Shown here: positions 18,871 through 29,847 of the stretch, piece by piece
How the letters are laid out: every line of letters starts with the position of its first letter
Numbering within the stretch: the stretch's first letter is position 1
Assembly (NCBI GenBank): GCA_965247115.1
Contig: CBDFGR010000002.1
Span: 1,024,001-1,088,000 of the forward strand
Source: Myxococcota bacterium
Lineage (GTDB): Bacteria > Myxococcota_A > UBA9160 > SZUA-336
Length of the DNA: 64,000 bases
Reading direction: 5' to 3'
The notes under the pieces: model-generated
What the model saw: only the letters and a program-made list of their open reading frames with translations
What the model was told of the DNA's origin: nothing
Databases searched by the model: none
Translations under genes and position numbers: made by a program

Positions 18871-19977
18871 TCAGAAGACGTACCGGCGCATGGAGACGTT
18901 CATCGCGAGACCGATCGCGATCATGCACGTCAGCAGAGACGAGCCACCGTAGGACAGGAGAGGAAGTGGGATTCCGACGACCGGGGAGAGGCTCAAGACC
19001 ATCGCCACGTTGATCGCGCTGGGCCAGAAAAGGAGCGCTGCAACACCGAAGGCCAGGTAGGCACCGAACTGGTCTTTGGACGCGTGGGCGATCATCAGGA
19101 TGCGAATCATCATGCCGAGATAGACCAGCAGCACGAAGAACGCGCCCAGGAACCCCCACTCCTCGCCAAGCACGGAGAAGACGAAGTCCGTCTGCTGCTC
19201 CGGCAGAAAATCGAGCTGGCTCTGCGGACCCTGCAGGAAGCCGCGGCCGAAGAGTCCGCCGGAGCCCACCGCGATCTGACTCTGGATGGAGTGATACGCC
19301 GCTCCCAACGGGTCCCGCTCCGGATCGAGGAACGCGAGCACCCGTTCCTTCTGGTAGTCGCGGAGCACGAAGAACCAGCCCGCTGCGGCCACCGCGATGG
19401 CACCGACTCCGAGCGAGGGAACGAGCCGCGCCCGAACCGGGGAGATCAGCAAGTAGGTGGCCGACATGAGCAGGAGCAGCATGGCGGTCCCGAGGTCGGG
19501 CTGGCGCAGGACGAGGATCGTCGGAAGCGCGACGAGGGCGAGCGGACCGAGCAGATCGACGAAGCCGATCTCGCGGTTCGAAGGGTGGCGTTGCAGGGCG
19601 CGCGCAAACAGGAGCAGCATCGCGACCTTGGTGATCTCGGACGGTTGGGCGCGCAGCCCACCGACGACGAGCCAGCGCTGCGTCCCGTGAATGAGCGGTC
19701 CGGAGAGCAGCACAGCGACCAGCGCGGCGATGCAGACCACGTAGGCCGGAATCGCGAGGCGCTCGAGGATACGGTAGTCCGGGACCAGAGAGGCCATGAG
19801 CAGGCACAGCCCGACCCCGAGCCAGAGCAGCTGACGCCAGGCGGTGGGTGGGATGGTCGCCTCGGACCCGGGAGCGGCGGAGATCAGGTTGACCACACCG
19901 ATCACGCCCAGGAGCAGTGCCATGCCGAACAGCGGCCACTCGAAGTGCTGGATCAGCCTGCGGTCAATTCCCGGCAT
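18871..19977 (-). CDS. rodA: Rod shape-determining protein RodA (SEDS)
   Basis: ATG at 19977; QPSEITK, QPDLGT, QSQIAVGSGG, FLPEQQTDFVF, LSYGGSS. Confidence 0.95.
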   Translation of the reverse strand: MPGIDRRLIQHFEWPLFGMALLLGVIGVVNLISAAPGSEATIPPTAWRQLLWLGVGLCLLMASLVPDYRILERLAIPAYVVCIAALVAVLLSGPLIHGTQRWLVVGGLRAQPSEITKVAMLLLFARALQRHPSNREIGFVDLLGPLALVALPTILVLRQPDLGTAMLLLLMSATYLLISPVRARLVPSLGVGAIAVAAAGWFFVLRDYQKERVLAFLDPERDPLGAAYHSIQSQIAVGSGGLFGRGFLQGPQSQLDFLPEQQTDFVFSVLGEEWGFLGAFFVLLVYLGMMIRILMIAHASKDQFGAYLAFGVAALLFWPSAINVAMVLSLSPVVGIPLPLLSYGGSSLLTCMIAIGLAMNVSMRRYVF

Positions 19978-21820
19978 GCAGCTGTCTCTCACCCTCCAGG
20001 AACTCGACCACCACCTCGCGCGCGATCGGGGCGGCTGTGGTGCCACCATGGCCGCCGTGCTCGACCAGCACAGCAACGACGATGCGCGGATTCTCGATCG
20101 GCGCGTAGGTGACGAACCAGGCGTGGTCGCGATACTCCTCGGGAATCTCTTCCTCGTCGGGAGGCGGATCCTCGGCCTGTGCGACCACCTGCGCGGTCCC
20201 CGTCTTGGCTGCAGCCTCCACCCCACCGGGAAGACGGCGCATGACGCCGCCGGTGCCCTTGGGATCCTGCACGACCCCACGCAGGGCGTTCCGTACGAAG
20301 TCCAACGACGGCTTCGAGATCGCCAACTCGCCCAGAGGCACGGGGTCCCGCTCCTCGATCAGGTTGCCCTGCGAGTCCTCGATGCGCTTCACGACGAATG
20401 GCTGGTAGCGGCTTCCTCCCTGCGCGACGGTCGCGTACGTGCTCGCAAGCTGGATCGGCGTCCAGAGATTGAAGCCCTGGCCGATCGCGAGCGAGACGGT
20501 CTCGCCCAGGACCCAGGGCTCCCCGAAGCGTCGCTCCTTCCATGCCGCGGTCGGGACGAGACCCGCCTCCTCGCCGCGCAAGTCGATTCCCGTGGGTGCG
20601 CCGAGCCCGAGCGCACGGGCGTAATAGCCCAGGCGCTCCACTCCGAGGAGCTGACTCAGGGTGTAGAAGTAGACGTCGCAGGACTCGACGATGGCCCGAT
20701 GGAGATCGACCTGGCCGTGCCCCTCGCGGCGCCAGCAGCGATAGCGGCGGCGCCCGAGCCGGTAGGAGCCTGCGCAGTGTACGGTCGTGTCCGGTGTTAC
20801 GACTCCCGCCTCCAGCCCGGCCAGCGCCGAGACGATCTTGTAGGTCGAGCCCGGCGAGTACTGACCCTGGAGGGCGCGATTGTGAAGCGGCGTTTTTGGA
20901 TTGGCGGTCAGCCGCTCCCAGGTGGGCCGGTCGATCCCGACCGCGAAGGCGTTCGGGTCGAACGCCGGTAGGCTCGCAAGCACCAGGATCTCTCCGTTTC
21001 TGGGATCCAGCGCAACGACCGCCCCGGGCTGCCCCGTACGGGCCAGGGCGGACTCCGCAGCCTGCTGCAGACGGTAGTCGAGAGTCAGAACCACATTGCG
21101 GCCGGCCTGCGCCTCGATCGCGTCGAGTCGCTCGAGCTCGCGCCCGTGCGCATCGACCAGCACGTTTCTGCCCCCCGTGCGCCCTCGCAGCTCGCGATCC
21201 CGCAGCCGCTCCACACCCTCGCGTCCGATCACGTCTCCCACGCGGTACCCCTGGAACTGCCGGTCTGCGAGCTCTTCCTTGTCGATCTCGCCGAGCCAGC
21301 CCAGTACGTGCGCAGCGCTCGATCCATAGGGGTAGGAGCGAACGGGCGTGGCCTCCGTGAGAACGCCCTCGAGGGCCCAGAGTCGGGACTCGACGCGGGC
21401 GATGCTCCGCCACGAGAGATCGTGCGCCACCGGGAGCGCCGCGAAGCGCTCGCGTCCCCGCGGACGGCCGAGCGCCTCGAGCAGCGGCTCGGGACGCGAG
21501 TCGATCAGGCCCGCGATACGACGCAGCGTTGTTGGGAGATCTCCCGCCTCGTGGGGTACCACGAGCACGTCGAAGCTGGGACGCGAGTCCACCAGGATGC
21601 TGCGCGACCTGTCGAGAATCATGCCCCGCGGTGCCATCACACGGTGGGTACGCACGCTGTTGCGCTCCGCCGAGACGCGATAGCGATCGCCTTCCAGCAC
21701 CTGCAAGTAGAACAGCCGCGCGATGAGAATGAGCCAGACGACCGCGATCACGAACACGGCCGAGGTCAGCCGAGTCTCCACGAAGTGATCGACCGGACCA
21801 GATCCGGGGAGCTGGGTCAC
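19964..21820 (-). CDS. mrdA: Penicillin-binding protein 2
   Basis: APRGMILDR, PGSTYK (SxxK), SCDVYFY, KTGTAQ. Confidence 0.95.
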   Translation of the reverse strand: MTQLPGSGPVDHFVETRLTSAVFVIAVVWLILIARLFYLQVLEGDRYRVSAERNSVRTHRVMAPRGMILDRSRSILVDSRPSFDVLVVPHEAGDLPTTLRRIAGLIDSRPEPLLEALGRPRGRERFAALPVAHDLSWRSIARVESRLWALEGVLTEATPVRSYPYGSSAAHVLGWLGEIDKEELADRQFQGYRVGDVIGREGVERLRDRELRGRTGGRNVLVDAHGRELERLDAIEAQAGRNVVLTLDYRLQQAAESALARTGQPGAVVALDPRNGEILVLASLPAFDPNAFAVGIDRPTWERLTANPKTPLHNRALQGQYSPGSTYKIVSALAGLEAGVVTPDTTVHCAGSYRLGRRRYRCWRREGHGQVDLHRAIVESCDVYFYTLSQLLGVERLGYYARALGLGAPTGIDLRGEEAGLVPTAAWKERRFGEPWVLGETVSLAIGQGFNLWTPIQLASTYATVAQGGSRYQPFVVKRIEDSQGNLIEERDPVPLGELAISKPSLDFVRNALRGVVQDPKGTGGVMRRLPGGVEAAAKTGTAQVVAQAEDPPPDEEEIPEEYRDHAWFVTYAPIENPRIVVAVLVEHGGHGGTTAAPIAREVVVEFLEGERQLHAGN

Positions 21821-22347
21821 AGGCGGCGTTCGATCACGCCGAGTCCAGCGGGTCGGCCTACCGGCTCGGTGGCGACATCGAGATGCAGGAAGAGCAGCAG
21901 CAGCGGGGCAGACACGATCGCCATCATCACTAGCTGTCCAGGCAGGCGGCCCAGGACCGTGCCCCAGCCAAGCGCGCTCTCGGGCATGAAGACGTGCAGC
22001 GCGAGCCCCATCAGCAGCGCGTCGACAATGGCGTAGCCCACGACGTAGGCGACCCAGGGTCCAGCGGCCCGCAGGTAGAGCGCTCGGTCTAGAACGCGGG
22101 TTGCCACACAGGCCGTCCCGCGGAGCAGTGCAAACAGCCCCGGTGGTGAGCCGGATAGAACGTCGACTGCGAACCCGAGAGCAAAGGCCAGGAACAGCCC
22201 GAGGGTTCCGGGGGAGCGCAGGCCCAGCGCCAGGGCGAACACGAGTACGAGATCGGGGCGAATCGCGCTCGGCAGCACGGATGCAAGCAGTACCTGCAAC
22301 AGAACCAGCCCGAGGCCCACGCCCGCCAGCTTGCCCAGTGCGGTCAC
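21817..22347 (-). CDS. mreD: Rod shape-determining protein MreD
   Basis: Hydrophobic; RPDLVL, GFAVDVLSG; lies between mreC and mrdA. Confidence 0.85.
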   Translation of the reverse strand: MTALGKLAGVGLGLVLLQVLLASVLPSAIRPDLVLVFALALGLRSPGTLGLFLAFALGFAVDVLSGSPPGLFALLRGTACVATRVLDRALYLRAAGPWVAYVVGYAIVDALLMGLALHVFMPESALGWGTVLGRLPGQLVMMAIVSAPLLLLFLHLDVATEPVGRPAGLGVIERRL

Positions 22348-23228
22348 TGCGCCCCCTCCTCCGATCCCCAGAGCTCGCTCTCCTCCGCGCTGAAGGTCTC
22401 GGCCGCCGGCAGCTCGCGCTGCTCGAGAATCACGAAGACCTCCTCGAGCTTGCGGAAGTCGACGGCCGGCGCCACGCGGACTGTCTGGAACAGGCCGTAG
22501 GGCTTACGCTCGACGCTCGCCACCGTACCCACGACGAGCCCCTTGGGGTAGACGCCGCCAAGGCCAGAGGTGAGTAGCTGGTCGCCCTCCTGCACGTCAT
22601 CCTCGCGCAGCACGTAGTCGAACTCACAGCGCTCTTCGGACCTGCCGCGAACTGTGCCCCGCGCCCGCGAACGTTGCACGTAGGCATCCACGCGGCTCTG
22701 GAGATCGATCACCAGCAGCACCTTGGCGGCCCCCGGCGTGGTGCCGGCGACAACGCCCACGACGCCGGAGCCGGTGATGACGGGCATGCCGGCGCGCACC
22801 CCAGACGCAGCGCCCTGGTCGATCACGACGGACTGGAACCAGCGCGACAGGTCCTGGGCAATCACGTTCGCGGGCACCATGGGAGCCTCGCGCCGCTCCT
22901 GAAACTCCGCCAGGCTCTCGAAGCGCTCGCTCGCCACGATTGCTTCGCGAAAGCGGAGATTCTCCTCCTCCAAGTGGCTGACCGTGTTGCGGAGTGTGTC
23001 GTTCTCCTCACGCACGCCCAGGACCGCCACATACTCATCCCAGACCCCTCGCGCCTCTCGCACGGGCAGCGTGACCATCTCCGCCAGCGGCAGGGTGAGT
23101 CGGAGCAGCAGATAGGAGCCCAGGCCGAGATCTACGGGCCCCTTGCGCGAGGCCAGGCTGATGACGCACAGCGCCAGGAGCAGCAGGTAGGTGAGGGGGT
23201 ATCGGAAGCGATTCAGCAGATCGCTCAC
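22344..23228 (-). CDS. mreC: Rod shape-determining protein MreC
   Basis: TM plus coiled coil; IDQGAASGVRAGMPV, TSGLGGVYPKGL. Confidence 0.93.
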   Translation of the reverse strand: MSDLLNRFRYPLTYLLLLALCVISLASRKGPVDLGLGSYLLLRLTLPLAEMVTLPVREARGVWDEYVAVLGVREENDTLRNTVSHLEEENLRFREAIVASERFESLAEFQERREAPMVPANVIAQDLSRWFQSVVIDQGAASGVRAGMPVITGSGVVGVVAGTTPGAAKVLLVIDLQSRVDAYVQRSRARGTVRGRSEERCEFDYVLREDDVQEGDQLLTSGLGGVYPKGLVVGTVASVERKPYGLFQTVRVAPAVDFRKLEEVFVILEQRELPAAETFSAEESELWGSEEGAQ

Positions 23229-23247
23229 TGGAGAGTGCTTCCCTCAG

Positions 23248-24321
<1,074 letters not shown>

Positions 24322-24505
24322 TCATCACGGTCGTAGAGAAAGCCGGGGCCAAAGGCGGCCCCGTCTAGCCGATTCTACGGACGCCGAATCTTCCACGCAA
24401 GACAGAAAAATCCTGACGAGAGAGGCCTGGCTTGCATCTTGGAGGCGCTGCCCCTAGCTTGGCTCCCCCGTCTCGATCCCTCCTGGAAGTGCTCGCGAGG
24501 ATGTC

Positions 24506-25963
24506 ATGAGCCGCGGCTTCAAGTGGATACGAAACGGCGCCTTGTTCCTCGTCATCGCCGCGTTCGTGTTCCTCTACGGACCTGGCGCGGGAAACGTGGG
24601 ACAGGGCGTGGTAGCCGAGGTCGACGGCGTGCCCATCAGCCGCGACGTGTTCGAGATCTGGCGCGAGAGCATTTCGCGGGGCATCCCCGAAGTGGAGGGC
24701 TTGGACCCCACCCAGCAGCGCGATCTGATCGACGCACGCGCCGTGAACTCGCTCGTTCAGCGCTTCATCCTGGCTAACGAGGCGGAGAGGCTGGGCCTCC
24801 AGGTGCCGAACGCGGCCCTCCGCCACATAAATCAGCGCAATCCACGCTACCACCTCGAGGGCCGCTACGACCCGGAACTCGTCGAGCTGGCGGCAGCACA
24901 GCAGGGCTACTCCATCCGGCAGTATCTGGAGGAGATCCGGATGGACCTGCTTGTGCAGGATTTTCAACGCTTCGTGACCTCCCCCGTACGCGTATCTGAC
25001 GCGCAGGTACGCGCCAACATCGTGGAGGCGGAGACCACCGTGCGCCTGCGCTTTGCTGTCGCGGAGGCGGAGAGCTTCCGCGAGGGCCTGGAGCTCGCTC
25101 CAGAGGACGTGAAGGAGTTCCTCGACACGCACCCCGAGGAGATCCAGGCAGAGTACGAGAGCCGCGACGAGTTTGATCAACCGGAGCAGGTTGTCGCCCG
25201 TCACATTCTATTCACGGGCCCGGACGCCCTGGAGCAAGCAGGCGCGGCGCGAGCGCGGCTCGACGCCGGCGAGGGCTTTGCCGACCTGGCCCTCGAGCTC
25301 TCCCAGGATGAGGCGACCCGCGAGCGGGCGGGGCTGCTCGGCCCATTCCCACGCGGCCGCATGCTGCCAGCGTTCGAGGAGGCCGCCTTCGCACTGGAGG
25401 TGGGCGAGATCTCCGACCCGGTCGAGACGGAGCGCGGCGCTCACCTGATTCTGGTCGAGGCTCAAAGGCCGGCAATTTCGAGCAGCCTCGAGGACGCGGG
25501 GCCGCAGCTCGCGCATGAGCTCTTGCTGGAGGAGCGGGCAGCCGAGACCGCGCGAGCGGCAGGCGAAGACCTGCTCGCCACGCTCGCGCTTGGCGAGCCC
25601 TTCGTCGCTGCGGCCGAGGCGAGTGGACTCCGGATCGGGACTACGTCGCTCTTCCGGCTGAGCGAGCGGGCGGTACCCGAGCTCCGGGACGTCGAGGGGA
25701 TTCTGGCGGCGGCCTACGCGCTCAGCGAGCCGAACGCGTTCGCGCCCCGCGTTTTCGAAGGCGGCGACTCCTTCTACGTGATCTCGCTGCTCGAGCGCGA
25801 GGAGCCGTTAGGCGAGCTGGTCGAGGAGCAGCTACCTGTCGTGCGCGAGCAGCTGCTGGACCTGACCCGCAGAAACACGCTGCAGCTCTGGCTCGAGGCG
25901 CGCTACCGAGAGCTCGAAGGCAGCGGTGAGCTGCGCATCTACCCGCTCTACCCGTTGAACTGA
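24506..25963 (+). CDS. ppiD: SurA-N/PpiC-domain periplasmic chaperone (PpiD-like)
   Basis: N-terminal TM, SurA-like N domain, ARHIL..FADLA..SQD..G.LG..M.PAFE parvulin domain; divergent from mreB. Confidence 0.82.
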   Translation: MSRGFKWIRNGALFLVIAAFVFLYGPGAGNVGQGVVAEVDGVPISRDVFEIWRESISRGIPEVEGLDPTQQRDLIDARAVNSLVQRFILANEAERLGLQVPNAALRHINQRNPRYHLEGRYDPELVELAAAQQGYSIRQYLEEIRMDLLVQDFQRFVTSPVRVSDAQVRANIVEAETTVRLRFAVAEAESFREGLELAPEDVKEFLDTHPEEIQAEYESRDEFDQPEQVVARHILFTGPDALEQAGAARARLDAGEGFADLALELSQDEATRERAGLLGPFPRGRMLPAFEEAAFALEVGEISDPVETERGAHLILVEAQRPAISSSLEDAGPQLAHELLLEERAAETARAAGEDLLATLALGEPFVAAAEASGLRIGTTSLFRLSERAVPELRDVEGILAAAYALSEPNAFAPRVFEGGDSFYVISLLEREEPLGELVEEQLPVVREQLLDLTRRNTLQLWLEARYRELEGSGELRIYPLYPLN

Positions 25964-26497
25964 ATGCGTCCGACTCTCGGCCCGCTCGCTCTCAGCGTGG
26001 GGCTCTCCATTCTCGGCGGAGGCCTGGGCTGCGCGCGCCTGCTCTACAACTTCGGGGAGGTCGAGCCCGCGCGCATCTATCGAGCGGCGCAGCCCTCGCC
26101 GCTGTTCCTACGCTGGCTCGTCAAGCACGAGCAGATCCGCACTCTCGTGAACCTGCGGGGCAAGACTCAGGGCTACGAGAGCGCGTTCGCCGCCCGCCAC
26201 GGGCTGCGCGTCCACAGCTTCAACCTCTCGTCCCGACGCGCGCCCTCAGATGCGGAGGTGCAGCGCTTCCTGGCCATCCTGGCCGATCCTGCGAACCACC
26301 CGATCCTGGTCCACTGCCGCAACGGCGCCGACCGGACCGGCTACATGCTCGGCATCTACCGTGTCCAGGTCTCCGGCTGGACCGCAGACCGTGCGGCCGC
26401 CGAAATGACCCGCTACTTCCAGCTCCGCGCCCACAACCCCATCCCCCGCCAGATCCTCCAAGAACACGCCCCCGAGACCCCGAGAAGTCAAGATTAA
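25964..26497 (+). CDS. Protein-tyrosine / dual-specificity phosphatase family protein (putative lipoprotein)
   Basis: NFGEV..IYRAAQP, VNLRG, VHCRNGADRTG (CX5R). Confidence 0.88.
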   Translation: MRPTLGPLALSVGLSILGGGLGCARLLYNFGEVEPARIYRAAQPSPLFLRWLVKHEQIRTLVNLRGKTQGYESAFAARHGLRVHSFNLSSRRAPSDAEVQRFLAILADPANHPILVHCRNGADRTGYMLGIYRVQVSGWTADRAAAEMTRYFQLRAHNPIPRQILQEHAPETPRSQD

Positions 26498-26558
26498 GGA
26501 CCGTCCCCAAGTTCAGACCCAGATCGGTAAGTTCTAATTAAGGACCGTCCCCAAGTTA
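26485..26558 (+). repeat. Two tandem copies of the 30-bp AAGTTCNRATTAAGGACCGTCCCCAAGTT motif (14-bp spacer)
   Basis: Copies at 26485-26514 and 26529-26558; the first contains the phosphatase stop codon TAA. Confidence 0.85.
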
Positions 26559-26567
26559 TGGGAGGCC

Positions 26568-26665
26568 GGCAACGTGCAAGCGCCGCGAACGCGGCGCGCG
26601 CAGCGAAGGCCGTAGGCCTGAGCGGAGGCGGGTGGCCGCGGACGCCCGCGGCCGGGTCCCGCAAG
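26568..26665 (+). repeat. Structured repeat element, copy 4
   Basis: GGCAACGTGCAAGCGCCGCGAACGCGGCGCGCGCAGCGAAGGCCGTAGGCCTGAGCGGAGGCGGG...CCCGCAAG; abuts the sigma gene stop codon. Confidence 0.9.
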
Positions 26666-28114
26666 TCAAGTCAGCTCTGTGAAGGCCTCCAGGAGGCGCT
26701 GCTTGGAGGAGTGGCGTAGCTTTTCGATGGCGCGGGCCTCGAGCTGGCGTACGCGCTCGCGGGAGAGACCGAGCTTCTCGCCGATCTCCTCTAGCGTGTG
26801 GTCCTGCTCGCCCTTCATGCCGAAGCGCCAGCGCAGGATGTTCCGCTCGCGTTCGTTGAGCTGTGCGATCGACTCCTCCGTCGCCTGCTCGAGTCTGAAC
26901 CGATCCAGCCCGTCCAGGGGCGAGAGCGTAGTCGGGTCCTTCACGAAGTCCTTCAGCACCTTGGAGTCCGTGCCCTTGACCTGGGTCTCGAGCGACACCG
27001 GCTCGCGGGTCATCTTCTGCAGGCGCTCTGTCTGCTCGACGGAGATCTTGAGCTCCTTGGCCAGCTCGGAGGTCTTCGGCTCGCGACCCAGACGCTTCGA
27101 GAGCGCGTTGAAGGTCCTGTAGTACTTGAGCAGCGTGTCGTGCATGTGGCTCGGGATGCGGATCGTCCTGGATTGATTCTGGATCGCGCGAATCAGGGCC
27201 TGGCGGATCCACCACAGCGCGTAGGTCGAGAACTTGTGCCCGCGTCTGTAGTCGAACTTCTCCACCGCACGGATCAGACCGAGGTTCCCCTCCTGGATCA
27301 GGTCCTGGAAGGCAATGCCCATGTTCCGGTAGTCCTTGGCGATCGCGATGACGAGCTTCAAGTTGTGCTGCACGAACTTGTTCTTGTGGTCCATCAGCCG
27401 GTCGTAAGCCATGTCGACGCCGTCCATCAGCTCGATGAACTCCATCGACCGCATCCCAACGGACAGCTCGACCTCGCGGATCTGCCGACGCAGCATGCGC
27501 AGGTCGCGCTCGCGCTCGACCTTTCCCTTGTCCGTTCGCGGCGCGCGCTTGGGCGCCTTCAGATCCTTGACCTGGCGCTCGTAGCTGACCATTGTGTCGC
27601 GCGCCGTGCGCAGCTTGCGCCGCACCCGCTCGAAGATCTGCATGGAGAGATCCGCCTGCTTCAGCGCGCGCTGAATACTGCTGGCGACCTTGTGGGACGT
27701 GTCCTTCGGCGACTTGTGGCCCGCCTCGTCGTCGTACTTGACGAGCTGCGCCTCGACCTTCGTGAGGGCCTTGTCGAGCCGCTCGCCGCGCTCCTCACCG
27801 TCGGGGGTGCCCGAGCCGTATGCCTCCGACATCTTCGCGGTCACGCGGTTCTCGGCCTGCAGGCCGCGCCAGATGTCGACAGCCTCGCGCCAGGTAAAGG
27901 GCACGGCCAGGATGCCGGCGCGCATATCGAAGGTGGCCGCCTCCATCTCCTTGGCGAGCATCACCTCCTCCTCCTTGGTGAGAGTCGGAATGCTCGCAAT
28001 GTCGTTGAAGTAGGAGAGCAGCGTGTTGCGATTGCGCGCCGCCTCCTCGTCCGGATCGACGTTGGAATGCTCAGGATCAACTACTTGTGAATCTGTCCAG
28101 CGTTTTGCGCTCAT
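26666..28114 (-). CDS. RNA polymerase sigma70-family factor (RpoD/SigA-like, with non-conserved region and no obvious region 1.1)
   Basis: Region 1.2 [16 protein letters not shown]; region 2 [35 protein letters not shown]; region 4 [15 protein letters not shown]. Confidence 0.93.
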   Translation of the reverse strand: MSAKRWTDSQVVDPEHSNVDPDEEAARNRNTLLSYFNDIASIPTLTKEEEVMLAKEMEAATFDMRAGILAVPFTWREAVDIWRGLQAENRVTAKMSEAYGSGTPDGEERGERLDKALTKVEAQLVKYDDEAGHKSPKDTSHKVASSIQRALKQADLSMQIFERVRRKLRTARDTMVSYERQVKDLKAPKRAPRTDKGKVERERDLRMLRRQIREVELSVGMRSMEFIELMDGVDMAYDRLMDHKNKFVQHNLKLVIAIAKDYRNMGIAFQDLIQEGNLGLIRAVEKFDYRRGHKFSTYALWWIRQALIRAIQNQSRTIRIPSHMHDTLLKYYRTFNALSKRLGREPKTSELAKELKISVEQTERLQKMTREPVSLETQVKGTDSKVLKDFVKDPTTLSPLDGLDRFRLEQATEESIAQLNERERNILRWRFGMKGEQDHTLEEIGEKLGLSRERVRQLEARAIEKLRHSSKQRLLEAFTELT

Positions 28115-28331
28115 TGGCCTCGGGTCCCTGTCCCCTCAGCGTCGGCGACGCCGAGGAAGTTGGTGCTTGCGCGCCCTCTCACTGCAGCTAGAGGTGCGGA
28201 GGCGTCGCCGGAACGACGCGCTGTGTCATGCTTGCAGTACAAAGAGAGCGCACCTCACTCGCTCCAGCCGGTAGCTGCTGGAGTGGGGGGGCGCTACTGG
28301 AATGAAATGGGTCGACTTCTTTTCGACCGCG

Positions 28332-28360
28332 ACGCTACGTGACTTTAGTTTTCTTGTCAA
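28332..28360 (-). promoter_or_regulatory. Putative sigma70 promoter for the sigma factor gene
   Basis: Minus strand TTGACA-N17-TAGCGT in an AT-rich patch. Confidence 0.55.
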
Positions 28361-28428
28361 CAAAAAGATCGCCGCGGGAATCCTTCAGACATTCGGCCAC
28401 TTATACCGACGTTCCGGTCCCGGGCAAA

Positions 28429-28992
28429 TCAGATCTCGCGCGACTTCCGGATCAGCTGCATGAACTCCGAGCGGGTCTTCTCGTCGTAGCCAAACTCCCC
28501 CAGCATGGCGCTCGAGATGGAGTAGGAGTTCTGCTTCTGCACCCCCCGCATCATCATGCACAGGTGCTGGGCCTCGAGCACCACTGCGACGCCCTTGGGC
28601 TTGAGGGTCCGCTCGATCTCGGCGGCGATCTCGTTCGTGAGACGCTCCTGGACCTGAAGCCGTCGCGCAAACATGTCCACCAGGCGCGGCAGCTTCGACA
28701 GGCCCACGATCCGACCGTCGGGAACGTAGGCGATGTGGGCGCGGCCGAAGAAGGGCAGCAGGTGATGCTCGCACAAGCTGTAGAAGTCGATGTCCTTCAC
28801 GATGAGCATCTCGTTGTAGGTCTCGTCGAAGACCGCACCGTTCAGGATCTGTGTGGGGTCCTGCTGATAGCCCTGCGTGAGGAACTCGAGCGAGCGTGCG
28901 ACACGGCGGGGCGTGCTGGCGAGCCCGTGCCGAGACGGATCCTCACCGATCTTCTTGAGCAAGCTCTCAACGAGTCCTTCGAGATCGTTCAT
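28429..28992 (-). CDS. folE: GTP cyclohydrolase I
   Basis: [37 protein letters not shown]. Confidence 0.97.
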   Translation of the reverse strand: MNDLEGLVESLLKKIGEDPSRHGLASTPRRVARSLEFLTQGYQQDPTQILNGAVFDETYNEMLIVKDIDFYSLCEHHLLPFFGRAHIAYVPDGRIVGLSKLPRLVDMFARRLQVQERLTNEIAAEIERTLKPKGVAVVLEAQHLCMMMRGVQKQNSYSISSAMLGEFGYDEKTRSEFMQLIRKSREI

Positions 28993-29405
28993 GCGTCCTC
29001 CCGCCCGCCAGCATATTCGACCGAGTTCTTCGCTGTCTCCTCGAGGCGGATGCGGTGCAGAACTGCGGGGGCGATTTCTCCCTTGAGGGCGTCCCAGACA
29101 TAACGGGCAATGTTCTCCGCCGTCGGGACCACGTGTTCGAACTCGGGCACGTCGCGGTTCAGGAACTTGTGATCGAGGCTGAGCAGCACGCGCTCACGCA
29201 CCACGGCGTCGAGCCGTTCCAGCGGCAACAGCCGCCCCGCAGCGTCGACCTCGCCGCGGACGGTTACCTCGAGACCATAGTTGTGACCGTGCCCGCCGGG
29301 GTTCGCGCACTTGTCGTACACGGCGCGATTTCGCTCCTCCGACCAATCCGGCCGGGCGAGGACGTGCGCCGCGCTGAGGCGATACCGACGGGTGAGCGTG
29401 ATCAT
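28989..29405 (-). CDS. queD: 6-carboxytetrahydropterin / 6-pyruvoyltetrahydropterin synthase (QueD/PTPS), catalytic Cys retained
   Basis: [35 protein letters not shown]. Confidence 0.85.
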   Translation of the reverse strand: MITLTRRYRLSAAHVLARPDWSEERNRAVYDKCANPGGHGHNYGLEVTVRGEVDAAGRLLPLERLDAVVRERVLLSLDHKFLNRDVPEFEHVVPTAENIARYVWDALKGEIAPAVLHRIRLEETAKNSVEYAGGREDA

Positions 29406-29803
29406 CGCGTGACCTCCACAAAGAGGTCCCGCGTGGGGTGTAGCCGCACCCGGTGCAGCAGCTCTCCAGGCAGCGCCCCGTCCAGCAGCTCGAAGATCAA
29501 CCGCGCGAGATTCTCCGCGGTGGGAGGGGTGGAAACGAAGTACTCGGTGTCCGTGTTCAGATTGCGGTGGTCGAAGCGCGCCTCGATCTCGGCACTCATG
29601 ATCTGCTTCAGCTGCTTCAGATCGATCACCATCCCGGTCTCGGGATCCACATCGCCGCGGATCGTGACCTCCAGCTCATAGTTGTGGCCGTGACTGAGGC
29701 TGGAGGCGGCAGCACCGTAGACGGTGCGGTTCCGGGCCTCATCCCAGTCTGGGCGCCAGAGGGTGTGCGCCGCGGAAAAGTCCATTCGCCTCGTGAGTAG
29801 CAC
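29402..29803 (-). CDS. QueD/PTPS paralog lacking the catalytic Cys
   Basis: FSAAH, HGHNY, GMVIDL, FDHRNLN, PTAENLA; no Cys before HGHNY. Confidence 0.82.
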   Translation of the reverse strand: MLLTRRMDFSAAHTLWRPDWDEARNRTVYGAAASSLSHGHNYELEVTIRGDVDPETGMVIDLKQLKQIMSAEIEARFDHRNLNTDTEYFVSTPPTAENLARLIFELLDGALPGELLHRVRLHPTRDLFVEVTR

Positions 29804-29847
29804 CTTCGATCCCTCCCGAGGCGTTCTACGCGGCTCTCCGGAGCCGC

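Noticed and set aside
26485..26558. 30-bp repeats as a mini CRISPR array
   Set aside because: Only two tandem copies with a 14-bp spacer; the other copies are dispersed or inverted; no cas genes are present.
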